This document shows positions 1-10,728 of a DNA stretch of 55,487 nt, one piece after another. The stretch is from Prasinococcaceae sp. CCMP 1430 (lineage: Eukaryota > Plantae > Prasinodermophyta). A model generated the notes under the pieces. The model was not told the DNA's origin, ran no database searches, and saw only the letters and a list, made by a program, of their open reading frames with translations. A program made the position numbers and the translations under genes. The stretch lies in assembly GCA_013416795.1 (NCBI GenBank), contig RQSC01000892.1:1-55487 (forward strand), given 5' to 3'. Positions within the stretch are counted from its first letter, which is position 1. Every line of letters begins with the position of its first letter.

Positions 1-37
1 CCGCGGCGCGCGCACACGGGCGAGGTGCGCGGCGCTT

Positions 38-313
38 GTGCTCGCAGCTACGGCGCCAGCGGCCGCTGCCGCGGCGATGCGCCGCGCGGGCGCCGACGTC
101 TCCAAGGGCGGGTGGTGTGCCGTTGTGGACGCGTTCACGGACCCGCAGCGCGAGGACGAGCGATGGGATCTGCATGGAGACGACGAGAGCTTGCCCGTGC
201 GCGACGCGGGGCGCGCGCAACCCGTCGTTTTTCGCAACGACGTGCGGTGCGGCTGCGTGCTCACGCAGCTGCGCGAGTGCATCCTTGACGCGCTCGGTGC
301 ACGCGGCAGCGCT

Positions 314-361
<48 letters not shown>

Positions 362-826
362 AACGCCGACGCGGGCGAAGAAGCACCCCTGGTGGTCATC
401 GATGATGTTGGTATGATTGAGGTGATCGCCGCGGAGGCGGATCCGCGAGCGGGGCGGCGCGCGGTGGCGCTTCGAGTTGCCCACCTCGTGCGCGATCTGC
501 GTGCGGAGGGCTGTGCACTCGTTGTTGGTGCGGCTTCCCCGCTCGCGCATGGCTGCAGCGGCTGCAGAGGGGGAGGGGGCGAAGGAGGGACGCCCCTGCT
601 CGCGCTCCTTAGCGAGGCGGCGGACGTGACAATGCGCGTGGCCGCGCTGGGCGAGGGCGCAGGAGCGGCTGCAGGCGCTGCGGGTGTCGCTGCGGCCGTC
701 GATGTGTGCTACAAAACAGCGCTCGTGCCTGTGCGAGCGGGCGGCGCGAGCACCGAGCGACTGCCATTCGCGCTTCGCAGCACCGGTGCAGCCTTCGTCA
801 GCGCTGCAAACGCGCTCTCGCTCTGA
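38..826 (+). CDS. Elongator accessory subunit, RecA-like fold (Elp6-like; Elp5 not excluded), 5' partial
   Basis: Segments VVIDDVGMIEVIA, LLSEAADVTMRVAALGEG and terminal LPFALRSTGAAF resemble plant ELP6 (VDDMSLLEIA, LADVVIKAEPLASG). WCAVVDAFTDP resembles ELP5. The start is probably upstream of the window. Confidence 0.5.
316..370 (+). repeat. (GCCGAC)n coding hexamer repeat, poly-(Asp-Ala)
   Basis: About 9 tandem gccgac units, one variant gccaac. Confidence 0.95.
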
Positions 827-988
827 GCGCATGCCACCGAGCGCACGCTCTCGCGCTCACGAGGGGGCGCGGAGCGGATGCCTGTCGTGCTTATTAATAC
901 TGGCCACTGTAGTACGTCAGCAGGGGCTGCATGCGCGCCCAGCCGCGCGAGGTTGCGCGCGGTGAGTGCGCGTGCCGAGGGCGCGCGC

Positions 989-1969
989 CTACGCCCCTTG
1001 TTGCAGGGCCCTGAAGTCGGCTTCGACGTCAGGAGGCAGGCGGAGCCGCGTCGAGACCGTCGCATCGCGGTCGATCGCAGAGCTCTCGCCCGCATCGAGC
1101 GCTTCGTTGGCGACGGCGTCTGCGTGCGAGTTGAACTCGCGCCGCACGTGCGACACGGCCACTGTTCTGAACCTCTTGAGAAGGCGCTGGCAGCGGTCGC
1201 GGTACGGCAGCAGGTGCGGCTTGCTGACCTGCCACACGCCCGTCACTTGATTGAGCACGAGTTTCGAGTCTCCGAGTACCAACACCTGCCCGCCCTCGCC
1301 GCACTCCTCCAGCGCCAGCTCGAGCGCGTTCTGAAACGCAACGTACTCGCTCACGTTGTTCGTCTGGCGTCCGATGTTGCCAAGGCGTTCACGCAGGGGC
1401 TCCCCGTCCGCGCCGAAGAGCACGCTGCCCTGACCGGTTGGCCCGGGATTGCCTGCGAGCGCGGCGCCCGACAACATGCGCCTGTCAGGTGTGACTCGCG
1501 CTCGGCGTGTGCGTGCGGTCATGCGGCGGTGGTGGTGGCGGTGGTGCGCGAGAGCGCATGCGTGCATGGGTGCGCGCATGTGCACACATGCGTGGGCGGG
1601 CCGACCCGCAGCCGCGCACCGCATGCATGGCGCCCCTGCGTGCGCTGGCATGCGCCGTCACGCACCGCGACAGGCGCCATCAAACGTAGCGATGTGCCAC
1701 CCCGCACGAACTTGCCGCTCCGCCTTGGCGGCGCCGACGCCCACCGTCGCGGCCAGGGGCGGCGAGCGCTTGAAGGAGTGGAACCCCTGGTGCCTGCCCA
1801 CGCGCCAGGGAAGGCCGCCACCGCTCTTGCTCCCCGCGTCGGCGCCCGAGGCGCCGCCGCGCGGCCTGGTCGCGTTTGCGACGGACGACCTCTTGTGGAG
1901 CTTGCTGAAGTACCTCCGCCCCCCACCCCCCTTGCTGCCTTTCGCTGCCCCCATCGCCGGCGCTTGCAT
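989..1969 (-). CDS. RNH1: Ribonuclease HI (prokaryote/plant-type RNase H), 2 exons
   Basis: Removing GT-AG intron 1453-1665 joins FDGACR-G-NPG. Downstream TNNVSEY, GDSKLVLNQV and HVRREFNSHADAVANEALD give the D-E-D-D catalytic set. Confidence 0.9.
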
Positions 1970-2422
1970 GCGGCGCCCCGGGCACGGCCGGCGCGGTCGC
2001 CCCCGGGCGGCTGCTGCTGACCCCGGCTGCTGACTCCGGCTACCGCCGGCGCGCGCCCCTCACCCTCCGCACCCACCACCACGCCACTCACGCACCACCC
2101 GCACAAACGCGATGCAAACGCGCGCACACATGCGACACCAAATCCTAATTAGTGTCAATGAACCCGACGGGAGACTATTTTGCTCGTGTTTGCGTTGCAG
2201 AGTACTCTCATTCACAAGAATGTTATAATTACCCACGGGAGACAGGAATTCAAACCGCGCGGACGCGCGGGCGCGGGGCGCGGGCGCGGGGTGGAGTGGA
2301 GGGGGGTGAGGAGAGGGGTGAGGCGGCGGNGGGCGCACACGTGCGGCAGGTGGCGCTGGCCGGCCGCCGCCGCCGCCGCCGCCGCCGCCGTCGCGGTTTT
2401 GCGGTGAGTCCAGAGGGAGGCA

Positions 2423-4211
2423 ATGGAGGCGGCGGCGGCAGCGGCAGGGACAGGTCCTTACGCCGCGGGGACGCTCGACGCGCGGTGCGCGCGTCTCCCT
2501 TTTGCCCTCGGGAGGCAGCCTGGGCGGCGCTCGCGAGCACTCGCACACGGCAACGATGCGGCCCGCCGGCCCGCGCGAGCGCGGCCTCGGGCGGCGTCCC
2601 GATGGCGCGCAGCGTGTCGATTGCGCACTGCGCGCCACATGCGCGCGCTGGCGGCAACGGCCGCCCCTCGCGACGGCGCCGAAAGGAGAGCGCGTGAAGC
2701 GTACGCGTTCACCACCGTTGGTGAGTGGGTGGCGGCCGACCGCACCCGGCGGCGCTCAGCCGCGGAGGAGCGCGAGCGCATGCGCGCGGAACGAGAGTGG
2801 GTGCTCGCTCGCGGCGACCGACCCCAGATACGAGGGTACAGAGACGATGCCGTCGGCATCGCCGGGCGTGATGCGCGGCGTGATGATGCGAATGCACTCC
2901 CGTTTGGCGGGCCGGCGACGGCGGCGGCGGCGGTGCTCACGGCGCCGCAGGAGATTGCGTGCTGGACACACGAGGCGACGCGTGGCGCGAGCGATGATGC
3001 CGTGCGCGAAGTGCTTCGCTTCGGCGATCGCAGCGGCCTGCGGGAGCTGCGCTCGCCGCGGACACCCCTCGCGCTGTGCGAGGAATTTCCCGTCGGGCTC
3101 GTCGCTGGGCAGCGCTTCGAGCGCGAACGCGCTCCCGACGAGGTTCTGCGCGCGCTGGCATGGGCGCGCGTGCCGCTGTCCGACGTTCGCGTGGCATCGC
3201 ACCGCCGTCCGCTCGCGCAGCTGCTTGAGACGGCGGCGCTCCCGGCGCGTGCCTGGACGTTTGATGCGTGCCTCATTGATGGCACGCTCTTTCTCAACGA
3301 GGCGCCCGCGCCGCAGCTGCCCGCCGTCGCCGGCGCGTCGGCGCGCGAGCTGCGCTACCTCCGTGCTGTGTATGCCTCCCAGCGCTTCGAGGCCGCTTGC
3401 ACCACGCCCAGTGGCGACGTCGCGGAGGCCGCGTCGACCGAGTTCTTTTCGCTGGTTGGGTTCCACCTCGGGCCGTTCGCCATAGCCTGCGCGAGCGAGG
3501 TCGACGCCGTCGATCCCCGCACGGGGGAGTACGTCGAGCTCAAACTCTTCGCCAGCGCGCACGCGGACGCTGCAGGGCTCGATGACCGGGACGAGGGCAC
3601 GCGAGCGGGGCTTGGGCGCCAGGGCAAATGCGACGCGCAGCGGCGTGCGGCGGCGGCGACGCGCAAATTGCTCCTTTACCGCCATCCTCGCTGGTGGGCG
3701 CAGTGCGTACTATCAGGCGTTAGCGAGGTGCGCGCGGGCGCCATCGACGAGCACGACGTGCTACGTGCAGTGCGGCACGTGCGCGTGGGTGACCTGGCCG
3801 CGATGTCAACGCGCGGGCTGCGCAAGCTCAGGTGGCACGAGAGCCGTGGAGCACAGGGTGACTCGGGGGCGAGGTGAGCCTGCGCGCGCCGCGCGAGTGG
3901 ATCTGGTGCCGGAGGCGCGCGTGCGTGCTTGCGCTCACTGCCTCCGCTTGTGCCTCCTTGCACACGCACTGACGCTCCCAAGCGGCGTCGGCAGCAACGA
4001 TGCGCCATTTGACCCGGGCGCGGCCACACGCTTCGCGGCAGAGGCATTGGGATTCATCGATGGCGTTTGTGCGGCACATCCAGGCGAGAGCGTGCGCGTG
4101 CGTTACGCACCGCGCGCGGGTGACCGCGCTTCCCAGATGGTTACCTGCACCGTCGGTGAGGGCTCGCCGCTGCTGCCGAAGATGATTAGGGCAACGCTCG
4201 ATGACATGTAA
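2423..4211 (+). CDS. DXO1: DXO/Rai1-family decapping exoribonuclease
   Basis: Motifs SQRFE (GxxFE-like), SEVD, VELK and WWAQCVLSGV. Intron 3874-3982 joins to a terminal exon FDPGAATRFAAEALGFI. The 5' structure is uncertain. Confidence 0.8.
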
Positions 4212-4370
4212 ATCATGGCGAGCTCGGTGACGCTGCCGTGCGCTGGCCGTACAGGACGATTGCTGGTCGCTGCAAGCACGGGCGCTGAGGGGATGCCGGC
4301 GTAACTGTGAAGGTGATGCGCGGGGACGCGACACCTTCATGAATGAGTACGGGTGCGCGCTTGCGCGCCA

Positions 4371-5105
4371 TCACTTCGCAGGCGTCGCGTGCTTCCAGTC
4401 CCCCTCCTCGTAGGTGCTTGCGTCGTGGAACGGTGCGAGGGCTGCGTCGAGGCGCCTCGCGAGCGTCGCGTTGGCGTGGCGCAGCGGGGCAGTCGCCTCG
4501 CTTGCCCATCCCGCGTATGCCGACACGCGCGCGGTCGACCAGCCCTTGGGCGGACCGTCGACGGCCATGCTCTCCAGGTTGTGGGTCTTATCTGCGAGCG
4601 TGACGAGGATGGCGGGCAGGCCCATTCGCCCCTCCCTCGCCTTTTCGATGCAGTATGCCTTGCGCTCGTGCTTGGACAGCGCTTTGTCATCGCTGCACTG
4701 CACGACAGCAGTGGCTACGGCGGCCCCGAACGCGTCGATGAGCTCACGCTCCGTCACGTTGCAGTCCTCGACGACGTCATGCAGCACCGCTGCCTGGAGC
4801 GTCGTCACGTCGTCCACGCCCGCAGACGCTAGCATTGACGCAACCGCGAGTGGGTGATTGACTGTGCGGAGGGAGCGCGGTCGTCAGCCTGCCGTGCAAC
4901 GCTCAGGACACGGGCGCGCGGAGCGGCAAGCGCACGCACTGTACGGCGTCTGCCCATCTCCGCCCTTCCGCCGCTGCGTGCGGTGCGCCTCAGCAGCGAA
5001 GGCCGCCGCCGAGAGCAGCGCCGCCGTCGGCGTGTCGGCGGCGCACGCCCCCGCGTGTGCGGGCGCGCGCGACCCCCCCTCCCCGCCCTCCCGGGGGTTC
5101 CGCCT
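4371..5105 (-). CDS. HDDC3: MESH1/HDDC3-like HD-domain hydrolase (ppGpp pyrophosphohydrolase / NADPH phosphatase)
   Basis: FAAEAHRTQRRKG..TPY|INHP (intron 4862-4939), AAVLHDVVED, SDDKALSKHERK, LVTLADKTHNL and PPKGWSTARV..YAGWA. The start codon is unresolved. Confidence 0.88.
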
Positions 5106-5151
5106 CTTGTGCACAAGCAAATTGTCAACGGAATTAAGGTGTGATATACCA

Positions 5152-5160
5152 TTAGGGTTT
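5152..5160 (-). promoter_or_regulatory. Telo-box-like motif AAACCCTAA
   Basis: ttagggttt on + strand in the short spacer between the GT15 stop and the MESH1 coding region. Confidence 0.3.
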
Positions 5161-5169
5161 GCTTTTTTC

Positions 5170-6870
5170 TCAGAGCTCGTCCTCCGCGTGCTTTGTGTGC
5201 TTCGGTAGCGGCTCGTCGATACCCGCGTCGACCTCGAAGCCGGTCGGGATGGGAGCGAAGAGCGAGCACGGGTCGCAGGTGGCCATCGCTTCCAACGCGC
5301 AGCCCGTCGTATTGCATGCATGCAGCGCGCCATCGGAGATGACGATCTTGCCGTGCGCCGCGCCCGCGTGCGTCACCTCGTCATGGAAGATCAGGTCCTC
5401 GAAATTGTACCTGCAAGCGCGCGTGGCGCGTGCCGCGCGGGACGTCCATCAGCGGAGGGGGAGCGGCCCACACGAAGGTACTCTGCACGCCAGCAAACGA
5501 CGCTGAGCGCCCCGTGGGCCCATCCATCGCTACAAGACGCGCACGTGTTGGCACACAACCGGAACGAACACGAGCACACATCGACATCCCTGGTATTGCC
5601 TCTCCGGCCCTGCACCGACGCACCTGTATGGGCCCTCCGCGCCCACCTGATGACCTCTGTGCTGCGGCCATCCTTTCGCGAGGTCAAGCCACCGCCTCTG
5701 ACCCCAGCATCCAGGCAGCCCTGCTCCTAGGTAGAATGGCGCCCCCTCCGACTCGGAGTGCACGTAGTCGATGTCGAGGTAGTGCACGGTCTCGTTGGGC
5801 GGCACGAGCAGGTCCACTCCGTGCGTACGCACGAGCGCGTCGCCCCAGCGCCGATGGTGGAAGCCCGCCTCAGCGTCGCATGCCTCGAACAGGGAAGAGT
5901 ACGCGCGCGCGCGGAAGAAGCCGAGCTCGAGGATCTCAAAGTTCGTGTAGTACACGCCACCACCAGCGAGACGCCAGCGATCGACCACGCGGCCCGAGCC
6001 GTTGGGTGCGGTCGACGATATGGTCTGCGGATCGGCGAGCGTGCGCGGGCGAGCATCAGGCGCAAAGCCCAGCTCCCGAGTCGCCCAGCGATCAACGACC
6101 TCGCTCAGGCCTTTGCCCACCTGTGGCGCTTCGGGACAGACCGCGCGGTATCCGTACTTTGCGCCACGCCGCGCCATGTCACGCAGCGGGTCGTACGCCA
6201 GCGGCCGCAGCAAGAACGAGTCTGTGTCGAAGCGCCACGCGTATTCGAAGGCCGCGAGCGCGGACTCGCGCAGGACCGGGCCAGACCACCAGCGTATCAT
6301 CGTCCGATAGCCCTCGCTGCGCATCAGTACTGGCGGGCCCTCTTTGATATGCCGCAGCATGCGCCCCCGGTCAACGTTTCGCGGCACGATGAAATGCTCA
6401 GCGCGCTCGAGGCGCAGGTCGGCCACGCCGGCCGTGCGGGCCGCATCGCGCACGAATGTCTCCGTCGCCCCGTCCAAGCCGTCGTGGAACACCACCACCG
6501 GGTACTGACGCGTGGGGAGCCCGTTGAAGTTGGCCTGGAGGTGGCGCAAGCTCTGTGCGAGCAGCCGGCAATGCCTTGGCTTGGCGCTGATGAGGTACAC
6601 CAGGGCGGCCCGTGGTCGAGGGACGAGCTCATCAGCGCGGCCAGCATCAGCGTGCGCAGGCAAAGCCGCAGTGGGCGCCGTGGCGGTGATCAGGGAAACC
6701 GCGAGGAAAGCCAGGGCGACGAGCACACAGTGCAAACGCGTCGTCGCGCGCGCGCATCGCGTACAAGTTCTCCCCACCATCGAGCGGTCGCGCAGCAGGA
6801 GGGTCCCGTCCGCCAGCGGCTGCTTCGGGTGCCCAATGCTCCAGTGCGCACAAGCCGCAGCTGAGCCCAT
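5170..6870 (-). CDS. GT15 (KRE2/MNT1-like) alpha-1,2-mannosyltransferase, type II membrane protein, 2 exons
   Basis: N-terminal TM; RAALVYL, QYPVVVFHD, GYRTMIRWWSG, YAWRFDTD, YYTNFEI and HRRWGDA. Intron 5411-5623 joins to a Cys-containing last exon ending HAEDEL*. Confidence 0.85.
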
Positions 6871-7278
6871 GCGCGCGCACGCGCGCGCGCGCGCGCGCAC
6901 GTTCGCGCACCGCCCTTAGGCTTTGCCTCGCGCGAGTACAGACCCGAACCTCCCATGCGAAGCCTGGGGGGAAGGGGGACGCGCGCACGCCCCGGCGCTG
7001 TGCGGCATGCAGCCCGGCGCGCTGTGGCGCTCCGCCGACCGCGCAGTTTCCTCGCCGACCGCCGGCCCACAAATGCGCGGGCTGGCGCACAGTCGCGCTT
7101 GGGGAAAATGGCACGTGCACCAGAGCCAACGTGCGGTGGGAGAGCTAGGAGGTCATGGGGGTCGTCGCGGGCGCGGGGAAGGAGGTTTGGTGCGTGCACG
7201 CGCGCGTGCTCGCAAGGATGCATGTCAACTTTACATATGTGTCACAACAGATTCTCTCGCACACGGTGCAGGCGCGCG

Positions 7279-9016
7279 TCAGCCCTGCGACGGCGGCGGG
7301 GCGATGAGCGGGGCCTCCTCGTCGATGGCGCCTTCGCTGGCATCGCTGTCGGCGCCGTCCGCGAGGGCACCATCGGCAGCCGCGTCCGCGAGCAGCGTGG
7401 CGCTAGGCTGCTCGGTCGCGTCAGGCGCGGCAAGAGCGCGTAGCTCCCCGCGGAAGAAACCGAGCACCACCACGGTGCCCAGCACCGAGGGGGAGAGGTA
7501 CAGCAGCGCGGGCTGCCCGCGGCCGTCCATGAGCACCAGTGCGGTGAACGTCGCTGCTAGGCCAAGCACGTACGCGCCCAGCACGTAGGCGAAGTAGCCG
7601 CGGGCGACGCTTTTGCCGCGCACGCGGTCGAAGCGCAGCGCGAAGCTCGCCAACATGCCTGGCAGCACGACGTCGCCGAAGCCCAGCATGGCGTAGCCGC
7701 CGCCCGGCGAGTCCACGTGCGGGCATTTGAGCAACATGGGTAGGGTGTCGCGGGAGCCCCCTCCGGTCGCAACTGCCACCATCACGGATTTGCCGCGGAA
7801 GAGCAGGGGCGAGAGGAACACCCAGAAGACGTCGTAGAACAGCACTGCCAAAAGCAGAAAGGCGCCAACCTTGAGGTTGGGGAGCCGCAGCGACTTGAGC
7901 ATGTTGACCATCAGCGCGGATCCCATGATGTCCTGAAGAACCCATGCCCACGGCTGCGTGTTCCGGAAGACGAACCAGGTGACAGCCGTCGCGACGGAAA
8001 CCACCGACGCAACAGCCTCGGTCAGCGTCACGCGCCCGCAGATGGGAAGCGTGCATGCCCGCTCACGCGGGCCCACGCCCATGCCGCACGAAGCACGCAG
8101 TGCGGCTGTTGATAGCACAAGCAGATTCTGCAGGCACACGGCGCTGCCGAGACAGAAGAACGCGATGATGACCAGCATGAAGGTGTCCGACATGAGGAAG
8201 AAGAGCACCACCAGCATCAACGACGCCATCACCACGAAAGCGACCACCGAGGAAGTGCCGATTTCGACGGACTGCTCGGTGGCATATGCCTCGCTTGGAT
8301 GCGCACGCATCGCGTGCGCCGCCTTGCGCCTGTCAGTGTCCAAGTTGGCGAAGGCCGCGCCAGCGGCAACGACGGCAGTCGCGAGCGCCGCGAGCACAAA
8401 TGCCGATGCGTCGATGAGGGGTACGTGGACCAGGGCAAGGCGCACTCCCAACGAGCCGGCATCGAGCTCACTCAGCAATGCGTGCCCATCCTGGGCACTG
8501 ACAGAGGTCACCGGCACGCGCACGCCTTGCGCAGCGGCGGTCTCATTGCCGCAGCCGCAGCTGGGTGGTCCGGCGCCCTCGGCGAGATCTGCGACGAGCA
8601 CCGCACGCGCGCCTGCCGCCTGCGCGAGTGCGGCCTTGTGGACGAAGGAGCACCCACCACGGGCCACGAGAACGACGTTGCCGGCATAGCTCACGTCGTG
8701 GAGCGCAGTGCACTGCTGTCCTGGGGCGGAGCCGCCGGCGTCCGCCGGCGCCGCGACAAGCGCCGCAGCGACGCCGGTGGAATTGAGCGCGGCGCCGAAG
8801 AATGCCTCGAGGCCGTACACCGTGAGCTTGCCCTTGCCACGGGGCTCGGCATCCACGCTGACGAGCGCGGCCTTGGAGCTCGCACACTCTCTCATCTGCT
8901 CGCTTCCGTGGGCGTCGCCCAGACCCGCCGCCCGCGCCGCGCCGATGCAGACGACGCACAGCGCCACGGCACCTGCGCACGCGGACGCCCGCCAGCACGC
9001 GCCCCGTTCCCTCGCG
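7279..9016 (-). CDS. SPPL: Signal peptide peptidase-like protease (SPPL2/plant SPPL) with PA domain
   Basis: PA domain (LVARGGCSFVHKAALAQAAGARAVLV), catalytic YDVFWVF and LGFGDVVLPG, QPALLYL. The native start is not visible because the 5' end runs into a proline-repeat fragment. Confidence 0.92.
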
Positions 9017-10022
9017 GTCCCGCCTCCGCCCGGCGCACCGAAGGCATCGCCACCACCGAGCCCACCGCCAAGCTCTCCACCCAGTCCGCCACCAAGCTCT
9101 CCACCAAGCCCGCCGCCAAGCCCGCCGCCGAGTCCGCCGCCGCCGCGTCCTCCACCCGGCGCACCCATGGCATCGCCACCTCCTAGCCCGCCGCCGAGCC
9201 CCCCGCCCAGCCTACCGCCCAGCCCTCCGCCGCCGAGCCCTCCGCCGAGCCCCCCACCGCTCAGGCAGGTGTCGCGGCACTTTGCTGTGCGGATCGACGC
9301 GAACACTCTGCAAGACGCCAACTTCGAGGCCGTCGAGGCCGGCATCAAGGACAGCGCCGCCGTGGAAGATGTGAGCTCGGAGGTGACTGTCAGGTCGGAA
9401 TTCATCGCGCGCGAGCCCGTGACCACTCTCGAGGACTTCTATGCGCGGCAATCTGAGCTAGACGCCGAGTATGCGCGACTGCTGGGCGTGGACCCAGCTT
9501 TTGTGTACGTTGAGTCGACAGCAAGAATGCAATTCGGAAAGGTGTTCGTCACGTACGACGTGACATTCATCCAGCCTGCGGGCGAGGGGGGCGCCGGGGG
9601 CAACCTCAGGTCCAACGCCATCCGTGCCACAGAGATTGGCAGCATCTCGTCGACGCTGTTCCGCACGGATGAAGAGCCCGACATCGTCCTCTACGTGGAT
9701 GCCACGATGCCCCCACTCGCGGAAACGGTCACGGACGAGGAGGGCTGGCGGAGGCAGCGCGCTGCGCTGAGCGACATGGCGTGCGAAGAGGGTCGGTGCG
9801 AGATACTCTGTTCCAGCCAGGCGGTGAACTTTGAGGTGCAGGAGGTGGTGACTTATGTGGCTTTTGGGAAGGACGAAGACGGCACGCGCTCAGACATGTG
9901 CAGGACGCGCATTCTTCCCCCGCCACCCGTGCCGTCGCCGCCACTGAGCCCGCCCCCGCCGAGCCCGCCGCCTCCCGCGCCACCAAGCCCGAGCTCGCCT
10001 CCACGCCCACCTCCTTCTCGGC
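9017..10022 (+). other. Fragment of a hydroxyproline-rich (SPPP) cell-wall glycoprotein gene, with no own start or stop
   Basis: Two SPPP/SPPPP blocks flank an acidic globular segment of about 215 aa. The fragment ends at the single N at 10023. Confidence 0.7.
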
Positions 10023-10023
10023 N

Positions 10024-10613
10024 GCGCGCGCAGCCGGGACGCGCGCTCCGGCACGCGCTGCTGGGGGCGGCTTCGGGCGCGGCGCGGATGGCGGCGTGGG
10101 ACTTGCCGCTGGGCCGGAGGACCCGTACGCGCTGCCAGCTGGCATGACGCGCGCAGATTGCGAGGAGTACTTCCTCTTCGCGCGTGGCGCGGACTCGCGC
10201 AATGCCAAGTGGCTCCCACTGGGGATGCTGCTCACGCAGCCCGGCGCCGACGTCTCCATGGCCGTCGCGCAGCGCGCCAAGGAGCTCCGCGTGTACAGCC
10301 GCGCCCGCCACGGTGCGTGCGCGCCCGCGCGCGCATGCGGCGAGTTGCGACGGAATGTGAGGTGACGTGACGAGCGCGTGCTTCCTTGGGTGGCCTTTGA
10401 CGCGCAACGCGCCGCTGTGCATCGCCCTTGCCGACAGGTGCGCTCATGATGGCCGACGCATCGTGCATCGACATGGGCTGGCGGGTGCAGCGCGGTAGGC
10501 CCGCTCCCGGCACTGGGGAGCGTGATATCAACCTCGTCAAGACGACACCTGCGGAAGCTGATGCCGCCGAGCCCGTGCGTGCTGACATGCACCTGCTGCG
10601 CGCGAACGCCTGA
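10024..10613 (+). CDS. Hypothetical protein, probably plastid-targeted (weak HHL1-like resemblance), 5' partial
   Basis: GGGFG motif after an Ala/Arg-rich leader, then YFLFARG..KWLPLG. A GT-AG intron at ~10312-10437 joins to an exon ending LLRANA*. Confidence 0.5.
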
Positions 10614-10728
10614 GCGCCCCACGCGCAGCACGCGCAATGCTGTGCGTCAATATGTACAGTATGTTACTTTCTGCTCGCACGTGTCGAGGAGAGCGATATC
10701 CGTAGCTATGACCGGCAACTGCATGTGC

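Noticed and set aside
989-1452. RNase H as a retrotransposon remnant
   Set aside because: It has a spliceosomal intron and a cellular-type DGACRGNPG motif, and no RT, integrase or LTR lies nearby.
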